From an uncultured Phycisphaerales bacterium (GTDB lineage: Bacteria; Planctomycetota; Phycisphaerae; Tepidisphaerales; Tepidisphaeraceae), in the NCBI GenBank assembly GCA_963758525.1, contig CAVWVQ010000003.1:1664001-1728000 (forward strand): a stretch of DNA of 64,000 bases, written 5' to 3'. This document shows, one piece after another, positions 20,639-30,800 of this stretch. Position numbers and translations under genes: made by a program. Position 1 is the stretch's first letter. Each line of letters opens with the position of its first letter. The notes under the pieces are model-generated. The model was not told the DNA's origin. It did not search any database and saw only the letters and a list, made by a program, of their open reading frames with translations.

Positions 20639-21532
20639 ATGGCAACGCGAAAAGTAGCAACCTGCACAATGGACTGGATCGGCCAGTTTCAAAGGCGCTG
20701 GGCATATGTTCCGCCTATCGGCACAGATCGAGCGTACGGAAATGCGCTTGCCGTTTTGGTTCATTTTCTCGGAGAGCAATGGATTCGAAGAAACGTTGAG
20801 AATCAGCGGTCCAGGTCAAAGGAATTCCTGCGCACGCGGCTAGATGGCATTTACGACAAGGAGAGCAATGAGGCCCAGCTGCACGTCTCTCGGGTAATCG
20901 ATTTAGGGGAGATGATCTTCAACTCACAAAGTATTGAAGGCTTTGACGTCTGCATCGAACGCCTGAAAAGCGGCGACGTGGAGTCGGCATTTGCAGAGCT
21001 TGAAGTCGGAAAAATACTAGGTGCCTCGAAGATTTGGTTTCGTTTCGTGCGCCCATTCGCGAAGCGGAAAGGTGAAGACTACGACATCGAGCTCAGGTTT
21101 CCGGAAGGGCATTCGGCCTGCGCAGAGACAAAGTGCAAATTGGAGTCAACGCAGCAGACCGCGAAGACCGTCTCGAGCGCGCTTTCGGCAGCTCGCAGAC
21201 AGCTCCCACGGCACATCCCAGGAATCATCTTCATTAAGATCCCCGAAGCTTGGGTTGTGCATGAGACAGACGGCCGCACGGAGCTAGCCGAAATCGGCGT
21301 CTCGAACGCGATCCAAGAGTTTTTGCGCAACTCAGGCCGTATCGTCGGCGTGGAGCTTTACTCAACCCATTTCCAGGTGGCGGGTGAACAAGCGTGGGTG
21401 TACCTGCCACTCGCCGAGTTTCTGAATCCCGCTTCCCCTTTTTTTGGCGACGGGGACTGGCGGATATCAAAACGGACCCCGGATGTTTCGGCAGTACTCC
21501 CGGCTGGCTGGATCCACCTCGGATCGATCTGA
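20639..21532 (+). CDS. hypothetical protein with a PD-(D/E)xK-like motif
   Basis: AFAELEV..EDYDIEL..CAETKCK. Confidence 0.65.
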   Translation: MATRKVATCTMDWIGQFQRRWAYVPPIGTDRAYGNALAVLVHFLGEQWIRRNVENQRSRSKEFLRTRLDGIYDKESNEAQLHVSRVIDLGEMIFNSQSIEGFDVCIERLKSGDVESAFAELEVGKILGASKIWFRFVRPFAKRKGEDYDIELRFPEGHSACAETKCKLESTQQTAKTVSSALSAARRQLPRHIPGIIFIKIPEAWVVHETDGRTELAEIGVSNAIQEFLRNSGRIVGVELYSTHFQVAGEQAWVYLPLAEFLNPASPFFGDGDWRISKRTPDVSAVLPAGWIHLGSI

Positions 21533-21787
21533 GGCTCTTGTCGGTGCGTTTAGAGTCCCCTATTGCAGAATGAGAGTCGAATGCAGGGCTGCGGCCCCTT
21601 AATCCGGCTTACTCGCGTGTTTGTACAGATCCTCAACAACTTGGTGAATCGGATCGTCGGGTAGCGAATGCAAGGGGACGGCCCCTCCTCCGATGAAATA
21701 TGTATATCTCCGAATCACCTCCGAGCCCTCTTCGTGAGCCCTAGTAGCGAGTGAGCACGGCCGGGTACGCTCGCCACTCAACGGGGC

Positions 21788-22942
21788 TTGCGTTTCTCGG
21801 AAAACTTGGGTAACACACGTGCAACTTTTATAAAGAGGTGTACCGAAGAAAAGACGAACTATACGCTTTATTGTGACGAGTCTGGAAATTCCGGGCCCAA
21901 CTACTTAGACCAAGGCCAACCTGTCCACATCCTCGCGGGGATAGCAGTTCCGGCATCCGCTCAAAGCGCGTACCGCGCAGCCTTAGACGATCTTAAAACC
22001 CAGCGCCCGCAAGCGAGCGAGCTTCACGGTGTTGATATTATGAAATCTGGCTCAGGCCAGCGGGGCATTCTGCGCTTTTTGACGTCCGCTTTTTCAGTTG
22101 GATGTCTTCCGATCTGGACGGCTGCGGACAAACGCTACTGCGTTGCCGCGAAGATTGTCGAGACATTCATGGACCCTTTTTATAATCCCCAAGCGGTCTG
22201 GCTACCGACCGGAGCGAATGCAGACCGGCAGAATATCGCACACGTATTCTATGCGTTCGCGGAGCCGCTCTTACGAGAGTTCGCGGATGCCTACCGAAAT
22301 CCGACCGCTTCAACTCTGGAGAAATCCGCTAGATCCCTATGGATGGCGGCGCGATTGAACGGCATGCAGTTTCTCGCGGATACCCTTAAGGGCGCCATCA
22401 GGAATATCGAAGAGATCGCGGCAGCGGAGCAAAGCGGAGAAATCGCTGGGAAGCACTTCCTTTGTATTAGCCTCAATCTGCCGGTCTTTGTTCAGTTCAT
22501 GAGCAACGCCGACCGCCTCCTCGGCGACATCGGTGCTGACGATGCCCAGATCGTTCACGATCAGACGACAGAGTTCGAGCCAGCTTTTCGGTGGGCATTC
22601 TCGACGTTCATCGCCGCGAAGAGTGAAGCATCTATTAAGCTCCAAAACGGTACGGTTGTGTACTTTGGATTAGATCGACTGAAGCATTTTCGCACGGGCG
22701 ATTCCGTGGCAGAACCGGAGATTCAAGGAGCCGATCTACTAGCGGCGGCGCTCCGCACCATTTTCGTTTCGCTCGTCACGGGAAGGCCGCTCGCAACAGA
22801 AGTTAGCGACATAGCGCGGTTGATCTTGGGTCAACGCCCACAATCTCAGGAAGGCAACTTTTGGATCATGGGATCTGAAAAGCTCTGGCGGAGCTTCGCT
22901 CGTTTGTACAACCCGCCGCAAATCGTGACTGGTGCGGCGTGA
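21788..22942 (+). CDS. DUF3800 family protein (long form; start uncertain)
   Basis: LYCDESGNSG, ELHG, IVHDQ, EIQGADLLA. Confidence 0.8.
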   Translation: MRFSENLGNTRATFIKRCTEEKTNYTLYCDESGNSGPNYLDQGQPVHILAGIAVPASAQSAYRAALDDLKTQRPQASELHGVDIMKSGSGQRGILRFLTSAFSVGCLPIWTAADKRYCVAAKIVETFMDPFYNPQAVWLPTGANADRQNIAHVFYAFAEPLLREFADAYRNPTASTLEKSARSLWMAARLNGMQFLADTLKGAIRNIEEIAAAEQSGEIAGKHFLCISLNLPVFVQFMSNADRLLGDIGADDAQIVHDQTTEFEPAFRWAFSTFIAAKSEASIKLQNGTVVYFGLDRLKHFRTGDSVAEPEIQGADLLAAALRTIFVSLVTGRPLATEVSDIARLILGQRPQSQEGNFWIMGSEKLWRSFARLYNPPQIVTGAA

Positions 22943-23203
22943 ATTTGCAGCGCTATCGGTAGTCATGTGGACATTGCTCCCCGTCCACCCGAGCGTAAGC
23001 AGCGGCTCTTGCCGCTCTTCCGCCAGCCGCCCAACCTGTTACCATGCTCGCGCCGGTGTGAGTGGCCGGGGATTGTCTCCAATGCTAAACGACGATTGGC
23101 GGCGACTGTCAAGGTTCTCGAATTCTGGCGAGAAGTCTTTCGCGCACTTACGTCGAGAAGAACCAATTCGGGAAAAGCCGTTTCGAGAGGGGCAAAGCTG
23201 CGC

Positions 23204-23833
23204 GTGCCGTTGGATGGCGACTTTGAAACCGTCAAAGTGCTGCCCTTTATTGGGGAAGACTACGGACTAACTCCCCAATTGGGCACACGAATCTTCGTGC
23301 TCGGCGAATCTCATTACAACATTAACGGGGGCCCGCTCCATCGCGCATTCACCAGGGATGTTCTCAGGGACGGTGGCCAAGGTCACGGGTTCTTTACCAA
23401 GGTTGTCGGCTGCTTCTACGGCAGGACGCCAACCCCTGAAATGAGAAGGGGGTTCTGGCGGACGGTCGTTTTCTACAATTTCGTTCAGGAATCGGTCGGC
23501 AACGGTGCGAGAATTCGGCCAACCCCGGATATGTGGGCGCAGGGCGCACCCGCATTGCATGAGGTGCTAACGCTCTGTCGGCCAGGGTTTGTTCTCGTCC
23601 TCGGCAAGGAGCTCTGGGCTAACTTGGGCGCCATTCCCCTTCTCACCGATGGACCAACGATCCGGCTCGGAGACGGACAGAGTCACACCAGCCGACTATA
23701 CAATGATGACGTTCTGTTTTTCGGAATCAAGCATCCAGCCGCTCCGGGCTGGACATACAAGAAGTGGACGCCTTGGGTGCAAGCGGCGATTGTCGAGGCC
23801 GTGAAAGTCAAGCGACACGAGCGAACCCAATAA
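23204..23833 (+). CDS. uracil-DNA glycosylase superfamily protein
   Basis: PFIGEDY, IFVLGESHY, FYNFVQ, RPT, PGFVLVLG, IKHPA. Confidence 0.7.
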   Translation: MPLDGDFETVKVLPFIGEDYGLTPQLGTRIFVLGESHYNINGGPLHRAFTRDVLRDGGQGHGFFTKVVGCFYGRTPTPEMRRGFWRTVVFYNFVQESVGNGARIRPTPDMWAQGAPALHEVLTLCRPGFVLVLGKELWANLGAIPLLTDGPTIRLGDGQSHTSRLYNDDVLFFGIKHPAAPGWTYKKWTPWVQAAIVEAVKVKRHERTQ

Positions 23834-24020
23834 TATGGGCCGCAAAACGGACATCACGTGATGTCCCTTCTGCGGCTCTGGCGTGCTGGCCGAGATCGAC
23901 CGGGCGAAGCTCGGTGAGCTGAGGCAGTTCCGGCCGGCCGTGTGGAACGCCGACCTTGCTGCCGAGGCGGTGGCACCCGATTCCGTCACCGCAGTTGCAA
24001 AGAAGTAGTGGAGGTCCGCG

Positions 24021-24927
24021 ATGAACGCGTCTGTCTTCATGCGCATGTCGTCAATTGTAACTGTACACGATCTTCTCGATCCATTGCAGGTCAGCATTCC
24101 AGCAGGCGCAACCGTGCGCGAAGCCGTGGATCGAATCGACACATTGGGCAGCGGTGACAACGCGCACGCCTCGTTGATTCTCGACAACAATCAACCTGTC
24201 GGCTGGATAGTCTACTGGGACGCTCGGTTTGAGTTAGAAGAATCTCCAAACGATCCCATTCGAGACTACATGAAACCGCTTCGTCTGGATCGGTTCGTGA
24301 CGGCAAGCATGCCCGCTCGGAGAGCCTTACAATTACTCACGGCCCACCCGGATGGAGAGACGTGGTTCGTGCTCGACGACAACGAAGTCATCGGCACGAT
24401 TCAGTACGATTCGCTCTTCAAGCCCCCATTCAGGGTCTGCCTCTTCGCGCTGGTGACGGAGTTGGAACAGAGCAGTTTGAACTTGTGTCTCCTGAACGCG
24501 AAAGAGAGCTGGGATTGTCTGCCGCCAGGGCGGCAGGCGAAGGCGATGGAAACGCTCCAGATGCGGCAAAAGAGACGAAAACCTTTCGATCGCGCAGGAA
24601 CGAATTGACTCCATCTCCTTGTATCCGTCCCTCCTGCTGGAATACACGATGTTCATTGACAAGAAGACAATACTGGCGAAGCGCGGCCTCGTCCCTGGAG
24701 TCAGCAACACACAACTGACCGATGTGTTCACAAGCATGGAAGAACTCCGCAACCATTGTGCCCACCCCGATTCGCTCGATGAGCCATTCATTGAGAATCC
24801 CGGCGACCTTCTCCGTCAGGTAACTGCTTGCCATAAGGTGCTGGACATAATCAACGATGAGATGCAGCCCGTGCCGCCGACTGAGCCGGAGGTCGGTGGG
24901 AGCGATAGAAGGAACATCTCTGATTAA
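24021..24927 (+). CDS. CBS-pair plus HEPN-like protein (frameshift near 24590)
   Basis: CBS-like segments (ATVREAV..PVGWI; IRDYMKPL..VIGTI) in ORF 24021-24608; LRNHCAH (Rx4H) in ORF 24619-24927. Confidence 0.7.
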
Positions 24928-27019
24928 CCCGTCCTTCGCACTTCGCCCGCCGATAAATATTTTTTCGCCGGTTTTCCGCCGCTCCGGCTGCGCCATCGCA
25001 GATCGGGCGCGCCGGAGGCGTGTAGTGCAGACCTACTTGCTGATCTGCCCCATTGAACCGCCGACCGCGAATCGGTTACATCGCCACGCAGGATGTTTCT
25101 GCGCTGCCACTCACGGAAGAAGAACGGCAAGGCCCATCGCTACTGGAGCGTCGTCGAATCACGCCGGCTCAACGGCGGCGCCGCCGCCCAGCGCCAGGTG
25201 CTCTACCTCGGTGAGATCAACGACAGCCAGCAGGCCGCGTGGCGAAAGACGATCTCGGTCTTCGATGAACGAAGCGGCGAGTCTTGCGAGCTGAGTCTCT
25301 TCCCCGACGACCGGCCGGTTCCCGCCGACGCTCTCGATGCCGTCTCGGTCGTACTCTCGGAGATGAAGCTGCTGCGGCCACGCTGTTTCGGCGACTGCTG
25401 GCTCGGACACCTGCTCTGGCAGGAATTGCATCTCGATCGCTTCTGGCAGGACAAGCTCTGTGCCGATCGCGGCGGCGTGCCGTGGGAGAAAGTGCTCCAG
25501 CTCCTGACCGTCAATCGCCTGTGCGATCCGGGCAGCGAGTTTGCGGTGCATCGCCGCTGGTTCCTCGACAGCGCGATGGACGAATTGCTCGGCCTGGGCT
25601 TCGCCGTCGCCGAGAAGGACCGGCTCTATCGCTGCCTCGACCGCGTGCTGGCGCACAAGGACGAGCTGTGCAGGCATCTTGTCGAGCGGTGGAAGACGCT
25701 GTTCGACGCGAAGTTCGACGTGCTGCTGTACGATCTGACGAGCACCTACTTCGAGGGGGGCTGCGCGACGATCCCCAAGGCGAAGCACGGCTACAGTCGT
25801 GACGGCCGGCCCGACTGCCGGCAGGTCGTCATCGCGCTGGTCGTCACGACCGACGGCTTTCCCCTCGCTTATGAAGTGCTCGCCGGCAACACGCTGGATC
25901 ACTCGACCCTCGGCGGCTTCCTCAAGAAAATCGAGACGCTCTACGGCAAGGCCCGCCGCGTCTGGGTCATGGACCGCGGGATTCCCACCGAGGCGACGCG
26001 CCAGCGCATGCGCGACGAGCGGATCGGCTACCTCGTCGGCACCCCCAAACATCTTTTGAAGAAGATGGAGAAGGATCTGCTCGACAAGCCGTGGGAGCAG
26101 GTGCATGAGGGAATGCGCGTGAAGCTGATGGAACAGGAGGGCGACCTGTTCGTGCTGGCCCAGAGCCGGGATCGGCGCAAGAAGGAGAACGCGATGCGCA
26201 GCCGCAGGCTCAAGGCGCTGCTGAAGGGATTGAATCGCCTGCGGTGTCAGATGATCCCCAGGAAGGGACGGCGGAAAATCACCCGCGATCATCTGCTCCG
26301 CAAGGTTGCGGTGCTGAAGAAAACGGCGGGGCGCATCGCGTCCCTCGTCGCCATCCGCGAGCCGGAGATCTCCCAGGAGGTGAACCGCTCGACGTTCACC
26401 TACACGTTCAATCACGTCGCGTGGCGGCAATCCCTTGAATCCGACGGATCGTATATTCTGCGCGCCTGGCTGCCGTGGGACGACTGCCCGGGCGGGATGG
26501 AGAAGCAGGCGCCGGCGCTGTGGGCGTGGTACATGCAACTGACGCATGTGGAAGAGGCATTCAAGACGCTCAAGAGCGATCTTCACCTGCGCCCGATCCA
26601 TCACCAGCTCGAGCGCCGCGTCGAGTCGCACATCCTGGTGGCGTTCCTGGGCTACTGCCTGCAGGTGACGCTGCGTCGCAAACTTCTGCAACACGCCCCC
26701 GGCCTCACGCCGCGTGAGGCGCTGGCAAGCCTGGGCGCGATCAAATTGGTGGACGTTCACTTTCCGACGACGGACGGGCGGACGCTGATCCTGCCGCGGT
26801 TCACGGAGCCCGAGGCACAGCAGCGGATGATCCTGGAGAAGCTGGGCCTGACGCTGCCGCCGCAACCACCGCCGAGGATTCGCGCGGCGGCGGTCGCGAC
26901 CGCCGAGGAAGTTGGCGAGGAGGTCGCAAGCGATTGATTCTGTAGTGCAGACATTGGGGTAAAATTGGCCTTCCCGACCCCGCCATCGCAGGTGCGGGTG
27001 CGAAAGTGCGAAGGACGGG
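24928..27019 (+). mobile_element. complete IS1634-family insertion sequence
   Basis: 16-bp TIRs CCCGTCCTTCGCACTT / AAGTGCGAAGGACGGG, flanked on both sides by TTAA. Confidence 0.92.
25093..26937 (+). CDS. IS1634-family DDE transposase
   Basis: YWSVVES, LYLGEIN, LLYDLTSTYFEG, GYSRDGRPD, VMDRG, VEEAFKTLKSDL.LRPIHHQ. Confidence 0.95.
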   Translation: MFLRCHSRKKNGKAHRYWSVVESRRLNGGAAAQRQVLYLGEINDSQQAAWRKTISVFDERSGESCELSLFPDDRPVPADALDAVSVVLSEMKLLRPRCFGDCWLGHLLWQELHLDRFWQDKLCADRGGVPWEKVLQLLTVNRLCDPGSEFAVHRRWFLDSAMDELLGLGFAVAEKDRLYRCLDRVLAHKDELCRHLVERWKTLFDAKFDVLLYDLTSTYFEGGCATIPKAKHGYSRDGRPDCRQVVIALVVTTDGFPLAYEVLAGNTLDHSTLGGFLKKIETLYGKARRVWVMDRGIPTEATRQRMRDERIGYLVGTPKHLLKKMEKDLLDKPWEQVHEGMRVKLMEQEGDLFVLAQSRDRRKKENAMRSRRLKALLKGLNRLRCQMIPRKGRRKITRDHLLRKVAVLKKTAGRIASLVAIREPEISQEVNRSTFTYTFNHVAWRQSLESDGSYILRAWLPWDDCPGGMEKQAPALWAWYMQLTHVEEAFKTLKSDLHLRPIHHQLERRVESHILVAFLGYCLQVTLRRKLLQHAPGLTPREALASLGAIKLVDVHFPTTDGRTLILPRFTEPEAQQRMILEKLGLTLPPQPPPRIRAAAVATAEEVGEEVASD

Positions 27020-27131
27020 TTAACAGTCAGAGATTTCCCGTGCATCAGTTTGTTAACTCTTTCGACCGCGCGGGCTCCGCCCCGCATTTACCGTGAAGCA
27101 TGGCGAAGCAACGACGCTTCGAGGCGGATTG

Positions 27132-29458
27132 ATGAGAAAACGCAAGAACAGCGGCCAAGGCAGGCGACGTTCGTCCAGGAAACGGAAGGTGCCGACCGGC
27201 CCCGTTTTCTTTGAGCATCCGTTCGCCCGCGTCCCACGTGAGAGGCTTATTCCCATTTTGGTTGAGCACGCGAAGCGGTCGAAGTCGCGATTTCGTGAGT
27301 GCGTAAACGAGACGCTTGCCATCCTGAGCTCCAACGACCCGTTGCAGACGATCACTATGCTCGCTGTCTATGGGCTGTTTGGAGGGATCGCCTCCGATGG
27401 AACGATCACCGCGTTCTCAAAGGACGGTGGATTCAGCCAGGCTCATGTAGAGCTGGTACAGGCGCTTGCCCTAACGCTCCCGTCGGAATGCTTCGGGAGC
27501 GGCCCTCCGCATGCGGCGACGATTCAAAAGCTGTTCGAGCTGCTTCCATCGCTTAGCAAGTCGTTTGCCCACCAGCGAATGGCCGTCATGGAGGAGGACC
27601 GCCCTGCCGAGCAAAAGGCTGTCACTCTCATACAAGAACTCCTGCGCATGCACACGCAGAGCGTCCGCAATTGGGGGTTTTTCGACAAGGTAAGTCGAAT
27701 CGCCCTTGAGCTCCACAAGCCGCTCGACCGCGGCTTCATCGAACACGTTGGAATCGGTGCCACCCAAATCATCGCCGCGTTCGTCTTTCTCGTGCGCAAT
27801 AGCGAAGAAAACGTCAATAGAAAACGGAAGCCGCTGGGCCGGGTGCTGAAGAAGCGCAGCGTCAACGGAATAATCCGGGAGTTCTACAAACTCAATCCAC
27901 AACTTCAGGACTCGCCAGAGGATCTTATCGCCGTCGCCCGGCTGCAGAAATTCGGCGTTGACCAAACGAAAGCGTTGATAATCGCGTACTGCGATTTTTG
28001 TCTGCCCGACGCGTTCATTGTTTCCGCCGCATCGATGGCCTCCGTTGTGGGAGCGCCGGAAGGGCCAATGGCAAGCGTATTGAAGATGCTAAGCCTCGCG
28101 CCGGGCGAACTCTCATCGCACAACCCTGAGCACTTGCTACTAGACAATCCGGTCTGGCGGAAGCCATTGATTGATCTTGGCAATGGCAGGTATTTCTGCG
28201 CAATGCCGCAGATGTTTTTTAGCTTCCTTCGACCAATTCTCGACGGCTTGGTGGGCGACAACCAGTCGCTCATGCGCGATGGCAATGATCGTCGGGCGGG
28301 GTTTTTGGAAACCGAGCTCGCTCGACTTTTCGCAACTGCCTTCCCAGGCGCTGAGATCGTCGCTGGATTTCGTTGGAAAGACGGCGACACAGAGTATGAG
28401 AATGACCTCATCGTGAGGGTTGATTCGCATTTGATCCTTATTGAAGCGAAATCTGGAGCAATCTCGTGGCCAGCCCTTCGGGGCGCTCCTGAGAGAGCAA
28501 AGCATCACGTCCAGGATTTATTCCTCGCACCTTCCAAGCAGTCGGCGCGCCTGGCCGAGCGAATTACGGCGGTCGCACGCGATCCGGATCTGCGCGCTCG
28601 TATTTACCTGATTTGAATGTGCGCATTGACCAAGTGCGCACAATTCTCCGGCTTTCGGTGACGCTCGAAGACTTTGCCATGACGCAGTCAAATCTAACGG
28701 TATTGCAGAACACGGGTTGGATTCCTCAAGGTCACGCGTTGGCACCGTGTATTCTATTGACTGACCTTGAAGTTATCTTCGACGTGCTTGAGCGTACGGG
28801 ACAGAAGATCCATTACCTTCGACGGCGAGTAGAAATTGGCGAGAACGTAGCGTCGATGGGCGACGAACTGGATCACCTCGGTTTCTACCTCGCGACCGGC
28901 TTCAATATTAACGACGGGGAGTTCGCCGGAGCACAGCTTCATCTGATCGGCATGTCCAAAGAGATTGACCAATATTACGCCGCGTACGCCGAAGGCATAG
29001 TAGGGAAAAAACCGCGTCTCCGCCTCAGCAAATGGTGGTCTGACATTTGCGCGACGCTAGAACAGCGGCAGTTCTATCAGTGGACGGACGCCAACAATAT
29101 TCTTCTGAGCTTATCGTTGGGAGAGCAGAAAAGAGCAGAAACGATGTTCCGAAAAGTGAAGGCGAATGTCCTCGCAAACTGGAAAGATCCCTCGCATCAG
29201 TGCTCCGTGATGGTGATACCCGACCGCCGAAAGTCGGATGCCGTAGCGCTTTACGCCTTTCGTGACGCCGACAGCGGCAACAGGCGAGAGCGCATGGAAT
29301 CGGTGGCCTCACAAGTGTTCGCCCACGCCCACGTCGCCAGATGCCTTGTCCTGGGAATCAACATCGACGCGGCGAGCTACCCGTACGGTACGTTGATGGT
29401 CTTTTTTGCTGGCGATGATTCCCCCCAATCGCGCGCCGAGGATCTGGTCGTTTACTAA
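27132..29458 (+). CDS. large NERD/PD-(D/E)xK-like nuclease-domain protein (frameshift near 28610)
   Basis: LDNPVWRKPLI, FLE, EYENDLIV..LILIEAKSG; continues in ORF 28613-29458 with HYLRRR..DELDHLGFYL. Confidence 0.7.
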
Positions 29459-29723
29459 AACCTGTTACGACGCCTCGTTCTACTCCAACGCGGAGCCGCA
29501 AGAGGGACATGACTGATTCCGCTGAGTTGTTCTTAGAATCTACCCCGCGGCGAACACGCTATCTTGGAGAGAACCGGCCTGTGGCGTACGCTGCTTCATT
29601 CAGTTCAGGGACCGAAAACGAAGTCAGTTGAGCAGGCGAACGGCGGGACGGGATACCAGTGCCGAGGAGAACGGCACATAATCGCTGACGCCCGACGGCT
29701 GGACCTCGAAGAAATGAGGGGGC

Positions 29724-30518
29724 ATGTACCTGATGTATGTCGATGACAGCGGCGACTGCGGCATGCCCGCCGACGGGTCGCCGTCCAACTTATTCTGCCT
29801 GTCCGGTCTGGTCGTGCATGAACTTCGCTGGCGCGACACGCTCGACGACATTGCGGGCTTTCGTCGATGGCTGTGGTCAAAATACAAGATCAACATAGAG
29901 GATGAGATTCACGCTGCGGACATGATCAATAAGCCGTCGAAAGTGGCGCCATCGTTCCAAGTGCTCTCGAAGCATCAGCGACTGGCTGTGATCAGGAACT
30001 TCGCCGACGCGATCGCTGCGTTGTCCGATATCAGCATCATCAATGTGGTGGTGAATAAGCGATCCGGACGAGTGCCGAACAAGGAGGAGGTTTTCCGCTG
30101 GGCGTGGTACTCCCTGTTCCAGCGCTTTGAGAACACCATTCGCTATCAGAATTTCCCAGGGCCGAAGAATGCCGATGATCGAGGCCTTGTTTTTCCGGAC
30201 AACACAGACGGCCAGAAACTGGGGCGGTTTCTCGAACGCATGCGGCTGCGCAACGAGATGAAAGTACGGCAACGCTCCGGATCATTTTTCTACAAGGATG
30301 AGCCAATCCGAGTCATTATCGAAGACCCGATCCTGCGGGATTCGCGCGGGTCGTACTTCATTCAAGCCGCTGACTGCACGGCGTTTCTGTTAAAGCAAAG
30401 CATCGAGCCATCGGCTTACATGAAGAGGCACGGCGGCAATGCGTATTTCAACCGGCTCGACCCGGTGCTCTGCAAGCACGCATCGAACAAAGATCCGAAG
30501 GGCGTGGTACGGCTTTGA
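29724..30518 (+). CDS. DUF3800 family protein (RNase H-like acidic motifs)
   Basis: MYLMYVDDSGD, EIHA, LFQRFE, VFPD, IIEDP...DS..SYFIQAAD; GAGGGG RBS. Confidence 0.9.
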   Translation: MYLMYVDDSGDCGMPADGSPSNLFCLSGLVVHELRWRDTLDDIAGFRRWLWSKYKINIEDEIHAADMINKPSKVAPSFQVLSKHQRLAVIRNFADAIAALSDISIINVVVNKRSGRVPNKEEVFRWAWYSLFQRFENTIRYQNFPGPKNADDRGLVFPDNTDGQKLGRFLERMRLRNEMKVRQRSGSFFYKDEPIRVIIEDPILRDSRGSYFIQAADCTAFLLKQSIEPSAYMKRHGGNAYFNRLDPVLCKHASNKDPKGVVRL

Positions 30519-30523
30519 CAGGC

Positions 30524-30550
30524 AAAAAAATGGGGCTCCTTGCGGAGCCC
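30524..30550 (-). terminator. intrinsic terminator of the small RNA
   Basis: GGGCUCC-GCAA-GGAGCCC hairpin followed by CA and U7. Confidence 0.8.
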
Positions 30551-30592
30551 TGGGGGATCCTACAACCCAGATAACCCGGGGTTCAGATCCAC
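30524..30592 (-). ncRNA. candidate DUF3800-associated small RNA (pseudoknot plus terminator)
   Basis: GUGGAUCUGAACCCCGGGUUAUCUGGGUUGUAGGAUCCCCCAGGGCUCCGCAAGGAGCCCCAUUUUUUU, with GGAUC/GAUCC and crossing UGGG/CCCA pairings. Confidence 0.7.
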
Positions 30593-30596
30593 AATT

Positions 30597-30625
30597 ATTG
30601 TATCACCCTTACATCGGCAAGCCAA
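30597..30625 (-). promoter_or_regulatory. sigma70-like promoter for the small RNA
   Basis: TTGGCT, 17-bp spacer, TACAAT, with an extended -10 TGn. Confidence 0.6.
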
Positions 30626-30800
30626 CGATGACGCTGAATAATCAGCCGTGACGAATCGTAGGGCCGTGAAGCCTTACGGCGGCGGATCGAGGTGAACCGG
30701 GTTTGCACGGCGCGTACGGAGAGCTGCCCCACGGCTGTCTGGGGAATGCAAGTTGGCGAATCGGGCGGGTTCCATGCCGGTCATGCGTACAGCTTGCCGG

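Noticed and set aside
25159..27087. Long antisense ORFs (also 31041-32111, 40747-42216, 56678-58000, 58714-60024, 62306-63982)
   Set aside because: These are shadow ORFs of GC-rich genes on the opposite strand, with no motifs.
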